From NCBI GenBank assembly GCA_963828255.1, contig CAWHDZ010000012.1, positions 20,262 to 84,261 on the forward strand: 64,000 nucleotides of DNA. The letters are read 5' to 3'. Below, in pieces: positions 19,241 through 31,758 of this stretch; position 1 is the stretch's first letter, and the number at the start of each line of letters is the position of its first letter. Source of the stretch: an uncultured delta proteobacterium (GTDB lineage Bacteria; Myxococcota; Myxococcia; Myxococcales; Anaeromyxobacteraceae). The notes below the pieces were generated by a model. That model searched no databases. It saw nothing but the letters and a program-made list of their open reading frames with translations, and was not told the origin of the DNA. A program made the translations under genes and the position numbers.

Positions 19241-20188
19241 GTGTCGAAGCTGGCCTTCATCTTTCCCGGACAGGGCTCCCAGGCTACCGGCATGGGCAAG
19301 GCGCTCTTCGACGCCTTCCCCGAGGCGCGCGCCGTGTTCGACGCCGTGGACGCGGCGCTCGGGGAGAAGCTCTCCACCCTCTGCTTCGAGGGGCCGGACG
19401 AGAAGCTCAAGCTCACCGCCAACACCCAGCCCTGCATCCTCACCGTCTCGGCCGCCGCGGCCGCCGTCCTGGCCGCGCGGGGCATCCGGCCGGACCTCGT
19501 GGCCGGCCACTCGCTCGGCGAGTACTCGGCGCTGGTGGCCGTCGGGGCCGTCTCGGCCGCCGACGCCGCCCGGGCGGTGCGGGCGCGCGGGACCTTCATG
19601 CAGGAGGCGGTCCCGGCGGGGCAGGGCGCCATGTCGGCGGTCCTGGGGCTGGACCCCGACCGGGTCCGGGCCGTCTGCGAGGCCGTCCAGGGCGCCACCG
19701 GCAAGGTGGTCTCCCCCGCCAACTACAACGAGCCCAGCCAGACGGTCATCGCCGGGGACGTCGCCGCGGTGGCCGAGGCCGGGTTGAAGCTCAAGGAAGC
19801 CGGGGCGAAGCGCGTCCTGCCCCTCCCGGTGAGCGCCCCCTTCCACTGCGCGCTCATGGCGCCGGTGAAGCCAAGGCTCGAGGCGGTGCTCCGGGCCCTC
19901 GCCTGGGCGGAGCCCTCGGCGCCGGTGGTCACCAACGTCGAGGCAACTCCCAACCGGGAGGCCGGGCGCATCGTCCCGCTGCTGGTCGAGCAGGTGACCG
20001 CCCCGGTCCGATGGATCGAGATCGTCCAGGAGCTGGCCCGGCAGGGCGTGACGCGGGTCGTCGAGGTCGGCCCCGGAGCGGTTCTCGGGGGGCTGGTCAG
20101 ACGGATCGAGAAGGGTGTCGAGGTACACTCCGTCTCCGACCCCGTCTCGCTCGAGAAGACCCTCGCCGCCATCGGAGCAGCCCAGTGA
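19241..20188 (+). CDS. fabD: Malonyl CoA-ACP transacylase
   Basis: FPGQGSQ, GHSLGEY, SAPFH. Confidence 0.97.
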   Translation: MSKLAFIFPGQGSQATGMGKALFDAFPEARAVFDAVDAALGEKLSTLCFEGPDEKLKLTANTQPCILTVSAAAAAVLAARGIRPDLVAGHSLGEYSALVAVGAVSAADAARAVRARGTFMQEAVPAGQGAMSAVLGLDPDRVRAVCEAVQGATGKVVSPANYNEPSQTVIAGDVAAVAEAGLKLKEAGAKRVLPLPVSAPFHCALMAPVKPRLEAVLRALAWAEPSAPVVTNVEATPNREAGRIVPLLVEQVTAPVRWIEIVQELARQGVTRVVEVGPGAVLGGLVRRIEKGVEVHSVSDPVSLEKTLAAIGAAQ

Positions 20189-20934
20189 ACTCCTTCCAGG
20201 GGAAGACCGCCCTCGTCACCGGCGCCTCGCGCGGCATCGGCCGGGCCATCGCGGTCGAGCTGGCCCGCGGGGGGGCAAGGCTTGCGCTCAACTACGCCGG
20301 GAACCAGGCCGCCGCCGAGGAGGCGCTGCGCCTCGTGCGCGAGGCGGGCTCCCCCGAGGCCCGCCTCTTCCAGTTCGACGTGGCTGACCCGGTCGCGGTC
20401 GGGAAGGCGGTGGACGAGGTGGTGTCCACCATGGGCGGCCTGCACATCCTGGTGAACAACGCCGGGATCGCGCTCGACCAGCTGGTCATGCGCATCAAGG
20501 ACGACGACTGGCAGCGGCAGCTCGACGTCAACCTCTCCGGGGCCTTCCACCTCATCCGGGCCGCCACCCGCCCCATGATGAAGGCGCGCGGTGGCTCCAT
20601 CGTGAACCTCACCTCGGTGGTCGGGGAGATGGGAAACGCAGGCCAGGCGGCCTACGCCGCCACCAAGGCGGGTCTCATCGGACTCACCAAGTCGGTGGCC
20701 CGGGAGCTCGCCTCGCGAAACGTGCGGGTGAACGCGGTCGCTCCCGGCTACATCGATACCGACATGACGGCGTCCTTGCCGGCGGACGCCAAGCAGAAGA
20801 TGGCGGAGATGATCCCGCTGGGGCGCCTCGGAAGCGTCGAGGACGTGGCCGCGGCGGTGGCGTGGCTCTGCAGCGATCAGGCGTCGTACGTGACCGGAGA
20901 GGTGCTCCGGGTGAACGGCGGCATGCACATGTAG
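20185..20934 (+). CDS. fabG: 3-oxoacyl-ACP reductase
   Basis: [17 protein letters not shown]. Confidence 0.97.
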   Translation: MNSFQGKTALVTGASRGIGRAIAVELARGGARLALNYAGNQAAAEEALRLVREAGSPEARLFQFDVADPVAVGKAVDEVVSTMGGLHILVNNAGIALDQLVMRIKDDDWQRQLDVNLSGAFHLIRAATRPMMKARGGSIVNLTSVVGEMGNAGQAAYAATKAGLIGLTKSVARELASRNVRVNAVAPGYIDTDMTASLPADAKQKMAEMIPLGRLGSVEDVAAAVAWLCSDQASYVTGEVLRVNGGMHM

Positions 20935-20981
20935 TGCGGGGATCCCCCGCGAGACGGTCAACCACACAGGAGGAAGCATCG

Positions 20982-21224
20982 ATGACGACGGGCAACGTGG
21001 AGCAGAAGGTCAGGGGCATCATCGCCGAGCAGCTCGGGGTCGCCGAGGACGAGATCAAGACCACCTCCAGCTTCATCGAGGACCTGGGCGCCGACTCGCT
21101 CGACATCGTCGAGCTGGTCATGGCCATGGAGGAGGAGTTCGAGGTCGAGATCCCCGACGAGGAGGCCGAGAACATCAAGACCGTCCAGGACGCCATCAAC
21201 TTCATCAACACCCACAAGAAGTAG
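20982..21224 (+). CDS. acpP: Acyl carrier protein
   Basis: [20 protein letters not shown]. Confidence 0.98.
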   Translation: MTTGNVEQKVRGIIAEQLGVAEDEIKTTSSFIEDLGADSLDIVELVMAMEEEFEVEIPDEEAENIKTVQDAINFINTHKK

Positions 21225-21318
21225 GCGCGGGCGGGACGGCGGGGATCCCACCGGGACCGTCGAGGTCGCGGGAGGGATCCGTGCCGGCGCGCGCGTGCGG
21301 CGAGAGGAGGTCGGTCGG

Positions 21319-22559
<1,241 letters not shown>

Positions 22560-22564
22560 CCGGC

Positions 22565-22600
22565 AAGAGGAAACGGCCGGCGCATCCTGGCGCCGGCCGT
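22565..22600 (-). terminator. GC-rich hairpin between convergent fabF and lipoprotein gene
   Basis: ACGGCCGGCGC-6 nt-GCGCCGGCCGT; followed by TTCCTCTT on the minus strand. Confidence 0.65.
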
Positions 22601-22626
22601 CTCACCGCGAGGTCCGGAGGTCCGGC

Positions 22627-23430
22627 CTAGTCGTGGTCTTCCTTCCCGTCGCAGTCGTCGTCGCCGAAGGCCTTCAGCGAGGCCTTCACGTTGGCCATGA
22701 TCTTCGCGTTGACCTCGGGGTCGTTGGTGCACGGGTCGAGGGTGGTGCCGTTCGGGCCGGCCAGCCAGGTCGAGGCGTCGAACGCCAGGGTCACGTTGGA
22801 CTGGGCGTCCTGGACGACCTCGAAGGGGCTCTCGTACTCCACCTCGACCTCCATCGTCGAGGTGACGGCGAAGGGCCTGGCGGCCGGGGCCGGGGTGGTG
22901 GGAGGCGTGGAGGGAGCCGGGGTGCAGGTTCCCTCGAGGACGATCGACAGCCCGTCGAGCTTGTTGCCCCCCTTGGTGGTCTGGATGTTCAGCTTCTCGG
23001 TGGAGCGAACCCGGTGGATCTCGAACTCGATGCCCTTGTAGGAGCCGGGCGGGACCACCGTGGACGGGATGAAGGGCTGCACGGGCGCGAGCCTGGTGTC
23101 GGTGATCGCCAGCTCGAGGACGTACGGGCCGACCTCGAGCTCCTCGAGCTCGTCGGCCTCGTCGTGGGACGAGCCGGTGGAGCCGGTCGGGCCCGTGGCG
23201 CCGGTGGGACCGGTGGCGCCGGTCGAACCCTTCTTGAGCTCGATCTCCTTCACGACCAGGTAGAGGTTGTCGAGCTTGGCGGTGCCGGACGCGGTGGCGA
23301 CCGAGCTGAGATTGGAGGTGCCGGTCTTGACGGCCGAGCTGACGGAGACGGCGGAGCCGCTGCTGCCGGCTCCGCAGCCAAGGACGGTGGCGGCGGCGAG
23401 GATGGCGAGGTACGGAGTTGCGGTGCGCAT
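22627..23430 (-). CDS. Hypothetical lipoprotein with short collagen-like G-x-T run (DUF4382-like)
   Basis: Lipobox [31 protein letters not shown] upstream. Confidence 0.7.
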   Translation of the reverse strand: MRTATPYLAILAAATVLGCGAGSSGSAVSVSSAVKTGTSNLSSVATASGTAKLDNLYLVVKEIELKKGSTGATGPTGATGPTGSTGSSHDEADELEELEVGPYVLELAITDTRLAPVQPFIPSTVVPPGSYKGIEFEIHRVRSTEKLNIQTTKGGNKLDGLSIVLEGTCTPAPSTPPTTPAPAARPFAVTSTMEVEVEYESPFEVVQDAQSNVTLAFDASTWLAGPNGTTLDPCTNDPEVNAKIMANVKASLKAFGDDDCDGKEDHD

Positions 23431-23524
23431 ATGAGGCCTCCTGATGTAGATGGACGGTTGCGTGGCAAAGTCTCTACCCGTCGATGGCGCGGCGCGCAAG
23501 GCCTACACTGTCTCTATGTGACCG

Positions 23525-23540
23525 AATTAATTGATTAATT
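23525..23540. promoter_or_regulatory. AT-rich 7-2-7 palindrome, putative operator
   Basis: AATTAAT-TG-ATTAATT in divergent intergenic region. Confidence 0.5.
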
Positions 23541-23569
23541 TTCACCAATATCCCCGAAAGGGACGAGAA

Positions 23570-24013
23570 ATGCCCGACATCATTGCGTTTGGGTCCGACC
23601 ACGCGGGGCTTTCCCTGAGGGCCGAGGCGGTCCGGGTCGCCACCGCGGCGGGGTTCCAGGTCGAGGACCTGGGCCCGTTCTCGACCGACAGCGTCGACTA
23701 CCCCGACCTCGCAGCGCGGGTGGGGCAGGCGGTCGCCGAGGGGAGGGCGAGGCTCGGCGTCCTCGTCTGCGGAACCGGCATCGGCATGTCCATCGCGGCC
23801 AACAAGGTGAAGGGGGTGCGGGCGGCCCACTGCACCACCGAGTACGAGGCGCGCATGGCCCGGGCCCACAACGATGCCAACGTGCTCTGCGTGGGGGAGC
23901 GGGTCATCGGCCTCGGGCTGGGGGGCGCGGTGGTGGCGGCCTTCCTCTCCCAGCCCTTCGAGGGCGGCCGGCACCAGCGGCGGGTCGACAAGATCTCGGC
24001 CCTCGACCGCTGA
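23570..24013 (+). CDS. rpiB: Ribose-5-phosphate isomerase B
   Basis: GSDHAG, SVDYPD, CGTGIGMSIAANK, HNDANVL. Confidence 0.97.
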   Translation: MPDIIAFGSDHAGLSLRAEAVRVATAAGFQVEDLGPFSTDSVDYPDLAARVGQAVAEGRARLGVLVCGTGIGMSIAANKVKGVRAAHCTTEYEARMARAHNDANVLCVGERVIGLGLGGAVVAAFLSQPFEGGRHQRRVDKISALDR

Positions 24014-24058
24014 GGCGGGGCGCGGTATTCAGTCCCCCTTTCAAGAGGAGCGTTCCAC

Positions 24059-25312
24059 ATGATGCCCACCCAGCGCCTCTCCGAGGCCGACCCCGATATC
24101 GCCCGGCTCGTCCGCGAGGAGACCCGGCGCCAGGCCGACGGGCTCGAGCTCATCGCCAGCGAGAACTTCGTCTCCCCCGCGGTGCTGGAGGCCACCGGCT
24201 CGGCCCTGACCAACAAGTACGCCGAGGGCTACCCGGGGAAGCGCTACTACGGTGGCTGCGAGGTGGTGGACCAGGTCGAGCAACTCGCCATCGACCGGGC
24301 GAAGAGGCTCTTCGGCGCCGACCACGCCAACGTCCAGCCGCACTCCGGGTCGCAGGCCAACATGGCGGCCTACTTCGCCCTGGCCCAGCCGGGCGACACG
24401 CTGCTCGCCATGAGCCTCAACTTCGGCGGCCACCTCACCCACGGCTCGCCGGTGAACTTCTCCGGCCGCCTCTTCAAGATCGTCCCGTACGGCCTGCGCC
24501 AGTCCGACGAGACGGTGGACATGGACGAGGTCCGGCGGCTGGCCCGCGAGCACAGGCCGCGCATCCTGGTGGTGGGCGCCAGCGCCTACCCGCGCCTCTT
24601 CCACTTCGACCAGTTCGCCGAGATCGCCCGCGAGGTCGGGGCGGCCATGGTGGTGGACATGGCCCACATCGCCGGGCTCGTCGCCGCGGGGCTTCACCCC
24701 GACCCGGTGCCGCACGCCGAGATCGTCACCACCACCACCCACAAGACCCTGCGCGGCCCGCGCGGCGGCCTGATCCTCTGCCGCGAGGCGCACGCCAAGG
24801 CGGTCAACAGCCAGATCTTCCCGGGCACCCAGGGCGGCCCCCTCGAGCACGTGGTGGCGGCCAAGGCCGTGGCCTTCCACGAGGCGCTCCAGCCCGGCTT
24901 CAAGGCCTACCAGCAGCAGATCCTCGACAACGCCCGGGCGCTCGCCCGGGGGCTCGTGGCCGCGGGGCTGCGGCTCGTCTCCGGTGGCACCGACAACCAC
25001 CTGATGCTCGTGGACCTGCGCCCCAAGAAGCTCAACGGCAAGATCGCCGAGGAGGCCCTCGGCAAGGCCGGCATCACCGTGAACAAGAACATGATCCCCT
25101 GGGACCCGGAGAAGCCCTTCGTCACCTCCGGCATCCGCGTCGGGACCCCGGCCCTCACCACCCGTGGAATGGGGGTCGCCGAGATGGGCCAGGTGGCGTC
25201 GCTCATCGGACGCGTCCTCGACGCGCCGGCCGACGAGGCGTCGCTCGCCCGGGTCCGGGGCGAGGTCCACGAGCTCACCCGGCGGTTCCCCCTCTACCCC
25301 GACCGGGTCTGA
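24059..25312 (+). CDS. glyA: Serine hydroxymethyltransferase
   Basis: [36 protein letters not shown]. Confidence 0.98.
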   Translation: MMPTQRLSEADPDIARLVREETRRQADGLELIASENFVSPAVLEATGSALTNKYAEGYPGKRYYGGCEVVDQVEQLAIDRAKRLFGADHANVQPHSGSQANMAAYFALAQPGDTLLAMSLNFGGHLTHGSPVNFSGRLFKIVPYGLRQSDETVDMDEVRRLAREHRPRILVVGASAYPRLFHFDQFAEIAREVGAAMVVDMAHIAGLVAAGLHPDPVPHAEIVTTTTHKTLRGPRGGLILCREAHAKAVNSQIFPGTQGGPLEHVVAAKAVAFHEALQPGFKAYQQQILDNARALARGLVAAGLRLVSGGTDNHLMLVDLRPKKLNGKIAEEALGKAGITVNKNMIPWDPEKPFVTSGIRVGTPALTTRGMGVAEMGQVASLIGRVLDAPADEASLARVRGEVHELTRRFPLYPDRV

Positions 25313-25337
25313 AGGCCGGCCCGGGGACCATCGACGA

Positions 25338-25793
25338 ATGCGCTGTCCCTTCTGTGGCCACCTCCAGGACCGGGTCGTCGACTCGCGAGAGGCGCAGGAC
25401 GGCCAGGCCACGCGCCGTCGCCGCGAGTGCCTGGGCTGCGCGCGCCGCTTCACCACCTACGAGCGGGTCGAGGAGAGCCTGCCGGCGCTGGTGAAGAAGG
25501 ACGGGCGTCGCGAGTCCTTCGACCGGCGCAAGGTGCTCGAGGGGATGCGCCGGGCCTGCCAGAAGCGTCCGGTCTCCCAGGAGCGCATCGACGAGATGGC
25601 CACCCGGGTCGAGCGGCGCCTCCAGGAGTCCGGCGAGAAGGAGGTCGCGGCCAGCGCCGTGGGAGAGCTGGTCATGGAGTTGCTCCGGGCCGAGGACCCG
25701 GTGGCCTACGTGCGCTTCGCCTCGGTCTACCGGGACTTCCGCGACGTCGGCGAGTTCACCGCGGCCGTAGAGGGGCTGAAGGAGAAGCCGTGA
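25338..25793 (+). CDS. nrdR: Transcriptional repressor NrdR
   Basis: [30 protein letters not shown]. Confidence 0.97.
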   Translation: MRCPFCGHLQDRVVDSREAQDGQATRRRRECLGCARRFTTYERVEESLPALVKKDGRRESFDRRKVLEGMRRACQKRPVSQERIDEMATRVERRLQESGEKEVAASAVGELVMELLRAEDPVAYVRFASVYRDFRDVGEFTAAVEGLKEKP

Positions 25794-26908
25794 GGCTCCC
25801 CCCCGCCGAGGAGCGCTTCATGCGGCTCGCCCTGCGCGAGGCCCGGCGTGGGCTCGGGCGCACCAGCCCCAATCCCGCGGTGGGGGCCGTGCTCGTGAAG
25901 GGCGGCCGGGTGGTGGGACGCGGGCACCACGCCCGGGCCGGGGCTCCCCACGCCGAGGTGGCCGCCATCCGCGACGCCGGCGCGCGGGCGCGCGGCGCCG
26001 ACCTCTACACCACGCTCGAGCCTTGCGACCACTTCGGGCGCACGCCGCCCTGCAGCCTGGCCATCCTCGAGGCCGGGGTGCGCCGGGTGCTCTCGGGATC
26101 CAGCGACCCCAATCCCCAGGTGAACGGCCGGGGGATCCGCCGGCTGCGCCGGGCCGGTGTCGCCGTGGAGACCGGGGTCCTGCGCGCCGCGTGCGACGCC
26201 GTCATCGAGCCCTGGGCCCGGTTCATCACCACCGGGCGCCCCCACGTCACCCTCAAGGTGGCCTCCACCCTCGACGGGCGCATCGCCACCGCGGGGGGCG
26301 ATTCACGCTGGGTGACTGGCGCGGAGTCGCGCGCACTGGTGCACCGGCTCCGCGACGCCTCCGACGCGGTCCTGGTGGGCGCCGGGACCGCCCGGGCCGA
26401 CGATCCCCGCCTGACGGCGCGCCTCCCCGGGGGGCGCGGCCGCGACCCGATCCGCGTGGTCCTCGACTCCCGGCTCGAGCTCCCGCCCGGGCTTCGCCTC
26501 CTCCGGCAGCGCTCCGGCTCGCCGACCATCGTGGCCCACGTCGCGGGGACCCCTCCGGGAAGCCCAAGGCGCGGCGTGGAGTACCTGCGCTGCAAGGCGC
26601 GGCGCGGCCGGGTGGACCTCGAGGACCTGCTCTCCCGGCTGGGGAAGCGCGGGGTCACCACCCTCCTCGTCGAGGGGGGGGCGGAGGTGTCGCGGAGCCT
26701 CCTCGAGGGGGGGCTCGTGGACCGGCTCGCCCTCTTCCTGGCCCCGAAGCTCGCCGGGGGGGGCCTTTCCTGGCTCCCCGGGAAGGGGCCGGGCCGCATG
26801 GCCGACGCCCTCGCCCTGCAAGACATGGAGGTCCGCAACGTGGGCGGGGACCTCCTGGTCACCGGACGCCCGGCGCCGAAAGGTGCCCGAACCCCCCGCG
26901 TGGACTAA
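25790..26908 (+). CDS. ribD: Riboflavin biosynthesis deaminase/reductase
   Basis: [31 protein letters not shown]. Confidence 0.96.
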   Translation: MRLPPAEERFMRLALREARRGLGRTSPNPAVGAVLVKGGRVVGRGHHARAGAPHAEVAAIRDAGARARGADLYTTLEPCDHFGRTPPCSLAILEAGVRRVLSGSSDPNPQVNGRGIRRLRRAGVAVETGVLRAACDAVIEPWARFITTGRPHVTLKVASTLDGRIATAGGDSRWVTGAESRALVHRLRDASDAVLVGAGTARADDPRLTARLPGGRGRDPIRVVLDSRLELPPGLRLLRQRSGSPTIVAHVAGTPPGSPRRGVEYLRCKARRGRVDLEDLLSRLGKRGVTTLLVEGGAEVSRSLLEGGLVDRLALFLAPKLAGGGLSWLPGKGPGRMADALALQDMEVRNVGGDLLVTGRPAPKGARTPRVD

Positions 26909-26920
26909 GATTCCTCCCCG

Positions 26921-27570
26921 ATGTTCACAGGACTGATCTCCGACATGGGCGTGGTGGAGCGGCTCGAGCCGAGGGCCGGAGGCGCGCGCATCACCATCCG
27001 ACCCGGGAGCCTGCCGGTTGACGAGCTCGTTCCCGGGGAGAGCGTGTCCTGCAACGGGGCCTGCCTCACCGTGGTCGAGCGGGGCGGCGGGCGGATGTCC
27101 TTCGACGCCGTCCCGGAGACGCTCTCGCGCACCACGCTCGGAACCTGGAAGCCGGGGACCCGCGTGAACCTCGAGCGGGCGCTCCGCCTCTCCGACCGGC
27201 TCGGTGGCCACCTCGTCCAGGGGCACGTGGACGCGGTGGGCAAGGTGCTGGCCCGCGTCGCCGAGGGGCAGGGGGCGCGGTTCACCCTGTGGATGCCGCC
27301 GGCCATCGCGCCGCTCGTCGCCGAGAAGGGGTCCATCGCCATCGACGGGGTCTCGCTCACGGTGGCGAGCGCCGGGCGCGACCGGTTCGAGGTGGCGCTC
27401 ATCCCGGAGACGCTCGCACGCACGGTGCTGGGGGACGCTGCGCCGGGGACCGCGGTGAACCTGGAGGCCGACGTGGTGGCCCGCCACGTGGCCCGGCTTC
27501 GCGAGTTCGCCGGCACGGCTGGCGTCACGGAGGGTTCGTTGAAGGACTGGGGATACGGCGAGGTGGGGAG

Positions 27571-27574
<4 letters not shown>
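26921..27574 (+). CDS. ribE: Riboflavin synthase (alpha type)
   Basis: [28 protein letters not shown]. Confidence 0.96.
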
Positions 27575-28856
<1,282 letters not shown>

Positions 28857-28860
<4 letters not shown>

Positions 28861-29330
28861 AGGTCTTCGAGGGAAACCTGGTGGGCGAGGGGCTCCGGTT
28901 CGCCATCGTGGTGTCGCGCTTCAACTCGCTCGTCACCGAGCAGCTGCTCCTGGGGGCGAAGGACGCCCTCCGGCGCCACGGGGTGGCCGAGGACGCGGTC
29001 GAGGTCTTCCGCTGTCCGGGCACCTTCGAGATCTCCCCGGTGATGCGGCGGGTGGCCCGGAGCGGGCGCTTCCAGGCGGTGGTGGCGCTGGGCGCGGTGA
29101 TCCGCGGCGGCACCCCCCACTTCGAGTACGTGGCCAGCGAGGTCTCGAAGGGCGTGGCCCAGGTGTCCATGGAGGCCGACTGCGCCGTCGGGTTCGGCGT
29201 GCTCACCTGCGACACCATGGAGCAGGCGCTGGAGCGGGCCGGCGTGAAGGGCGGCAACAAGGGGGCCGAGGCCGCCGTGGCCGCCATCGAGCAGGCCAAC
29301 CTCTTCCGCGCCATCTCCGGCGGGAAGTAG
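28857..29330 (+). CDS. ribH: 6,7-dimethyl-8-ribityllumazine synthase
   Basis: [28 protein letters not shown]. Confidence 0.97.
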
Positions 29331-29340
29331 CAAGGGGCAC

Positions 29341-29784
29341 ATGGCCCACACCCGGCGCACCAAGGCACGCGAGCGCGCCCTCCAGGCGCTCTACCAGATC
29401 GACGTGGCCGCCACCGACCTCGACGAGGCGCTGGCCCGCTTCTGGCCCAGCTTCGAACCGGTGGAGAAGGAGGTCCGCGAGGGCGCCGAGGAACTGGTGC
29501 GCGGCGTCGCCAGCCACCGGCGCGAGATCGACGAGGCCATCGAGGAGGTCTCCACCAACTGGCGCATGGACCGCATGGCCAAGGTGGACAGGAACGTGCT
29601 GCGCCTGGCGGTCTTCGAGCTGCGCTGGCGAAGCGACGTCCCGGTGAAGGTCTGCATCAACGAGGCCATCGAGCTGGGCAAGAAGTACGGCAGCGAGAGC
29701 TCGGCGGCCTTCGTGAACGGAGTGCTCGACCGGATCGCGGCGGCCCTTCCCGAGGCGCGCCGCGGGGACGGGCCCGGCCGGTGA
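29341..29784 (+). CDS. nusB: Transcription antitermination factor NusB
   Basis: [32 protein letters not shown]. Confidence 0.97.
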   Translation: MAHTRRTKARERALQALYQIDVAATDLDEALARFWPSFEPVEKEVREGAEELVRGVASHRREIDEAIEEVSTNWRMDRMAKVDRNVLRLAVFELRWRSDVPVKVCINEAIELGKKYGSESSAAFVNGVLDRIAAALPEARRGDGPGR

Positions 29785-30314
29785 AGCTCCGCATCGAGCT
29801 CTGCGACCTCTCGCTCGCGTCGCTCGACGCGCTCGAGGTGGAGTCGCTGGCCGCCTTCGTCGGTGCGGAACGTCCGCTGGCCGGCCTCCCCTCGCTGGTG
29901 GACTGGCGGCTCGCCGGCGCCGTCTCCCGGGCCATCCTGGCCGGGACCGTCACCCCGGAGCACGGGGAGGCGCTGCTCCTTCCCTCCGGCGGGCGGCTGC
30001 GCGCCCGGCGCATCTTCCTCTTCGGCTTGGACGACCCCGCTCCGCGCCCGGTGGCGCTGGCGGTCCGTCACGCCTGCGAGGCCCTGCGGCGCGCCGGGGC
30101 CCGCGAGATCGCCATCGCCTTCCCGCACGGGGCCCCCCTCCAGGTGGCGGCGCGGGCATGGGTCGAGGCGTCGTCGCCGGCCGGCTTCGCGCGGCAGGTG
30201 GTGCTCGGCGACGTCCGTGCGGTGGCGCCGGCGCTGGAGGCGGCGGCCCGGGAGCTCTCGATCGCCGTCGAGGTGGTCCGGACGGCCGCCCGGGCGGACC
30301 AGCCTACGGCGTGA
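29781..30314 (+). CDS. Stand-alone M17 peptidase N-terminal-domain-like protein
   Basis: [16 protein letters not shown] motif; no catalytic domain. Confidence 0.6.
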   Translation: MKLRIELCDLSLASLDALEVESLAAFVGAERPLAGLPSLVDWRLAGAVSRAILAGTVTPEHGEALLLPSGGRLRARRIFLFGLDDPAPRPVALAVRHACEALRRAGAREIAIAFPHGAPLQVAARAWVEASSPAGFARQVVLGDVRAVAPALEAAARELSIAVEVVRTAARADQPTA

Positions 30315-31656
30315 TCCGCTCGGTCATGCGCGCGAACGGGATGGTCTCCCGGACGTGGTGCAGTCCGCAGATCCAGGCCACGCAGCGCTCCACGCCCATG
30401 CCGAACCCGGAGTGGGGAACGGTTCCGTAGCGGCGCAGGTCGAGGTACCACTCGAAGGCCTCGCGCGGCAGCTCGTGGTGCGCGATGGCCTTCTCCAGGG
30501 TCTCCAGGTCGTCCTCGCGCTGGCCGCCGCCGATGATCTCCCCGTAGCCCTCGGGGGCGAGGACGTCGCAGCCCAGGGCCACCTTGGGATCCTGGGGGTC
30601 CTTCTTGAAGTAGAAGGCCTTCATGAGCGTCGGGTAGCGGTGCACCATGACCGGCCGGTCGTAGCTCCGCGCCACCAGGGTCTCCTCGTCGCCGCCGATG
30701 TCCTCGCCCCACACCATCATGGGGGGGAGCTTGGCGGCCTCCTCCGGCGGGAGCGACGCGCGCTGCGCCTCCTGCTCCTTGCGGATGACCTCCACCGCCT
30801 CGGTGTAGGTGATGCGCGGGAAGGGGGGCGTGACCCGCTCCAGCTTCGAGACGTCCCGCTCCAGCACCCGGACGAGCTCGTCCCGGTGCTTCGCCAGCGC
30901 CGCCTGCACCACGAAGGAGACGAACTCCTCCATGAGCACCATGTCGCCGTCGAGGTCGAGCCAGGCCACCTCCGGCTCCACCATCCAGAACTCGGTGAGG
31001 TGGCGGCGGGTCTTGGACTTCTCGGCGCGGAAGGTGGGCCCGAAGCAGTAGACCTTCCCCAGCGCCATGGCCGCCGCCTCCATGTAGAGCTGGCCGGACT
31101 GGGTGAGGTAGGCCTTGCCCAGGTCGAAGTAGGGCACCTCGAAGAGGTTGCTGGTTCCCTCGCACGCACTAGGAGTGAATATTGGTCCGTCCACCAGCGT
31201 GAACCCGCGCTGGTCGAAGAAGTCGCGGATGGCCTTCTCGACGGTGTGGCGGACCCGCAGGATCACGTTCTGGCGCGGGGAGCGCAGCCAGAGGTGGCGC
31301 TGCTCCATGAGGAAGGCCACGCCGTGCTCCTTGTGGCCGATGGGGAACTCCTGGGTGGGCCGGGCGTGGACCACCAGGCCGCGCACGTCGATCTCGAAGC
31401 CGATGGGGGAGCGGGGCTCCTTCTTGACGAGCCCGGTCACGGAGACGGAGGTCTCCTGCGGGAGGTGGTCGGCCTCGGAGAAGACCTCGGGCGTCACGTT
31501 GCCCTTGAAGACCACGCACTGGATGGTGCCGGTGCCGTCGCGGACCTGGAGGAAGTGGAGCTTGCCCGAGGAGCGGCGGTTGTGGAGCCAGCCGCGAAGG
31601 GTGACTTCATTCCCCTCGTGCGCGGCGATGTCGGCGACGTAGACGTTCTCGGGCAT
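30304..31656 (-). CDS. asnS: Asparagine--tRNA ligase
   Basis: OB-fold [47 protein letters not shown]. Confidence 0.96.
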   Translation of the reverse strand: MPENVYVADIAAHEGNEVTLRGWLHNRRSSGKLHFLQVRDGTGTIQCVVFKGNVTPEVFSEADHLPQETSVSVTGLVKKEPRSPIGFEIDVRGLVVHARPTQEFPIGHKEHGVAFLMEQRHLWLRSPRQNVILRVRHTVEKAIRDFFDQRGFTLVDGPIFTPSACEGTSNLFEVPYFDLGKAYLTQSGQLYMEAAAMALGKVYCFGPTFRAEKSKTRRHLTEFWMVEPEVAWLDLDGDMVLMEEFVSFVVQAALAKHRDELVRVLERDVSKLERVTPPFPRITYTEAVEVIRKEQEAQRASLPPEEAAKLPPMMVWGEDIGGDEETLVARSYDRPVMVHRYPTLMKAFYFKKDPQDPKVALGCDVLAPEGYGEIIGGGQREDDLETLEKAIAHHELPREAFEWYLDLRRYGTVPHSGFGMGVERCVAWICGLHHVRETIPFARMTERITP

Positions 31657-31758
31657 CTGGACCATCTCCGGGGTCGAGGGAGGCGCGCAATATACCCCGG
31701 GCCCAGGCCGATCGCGCAGGTGCAAAATCGCCGTCCCGCGGTAATATCGCGGGCTTCC

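Noticed and set aside
25313..26920. FMN riboswitch for the rib genes
   Set aside because: No intergenic space or recognisable RFN motif; the genes overlap within a long operon.
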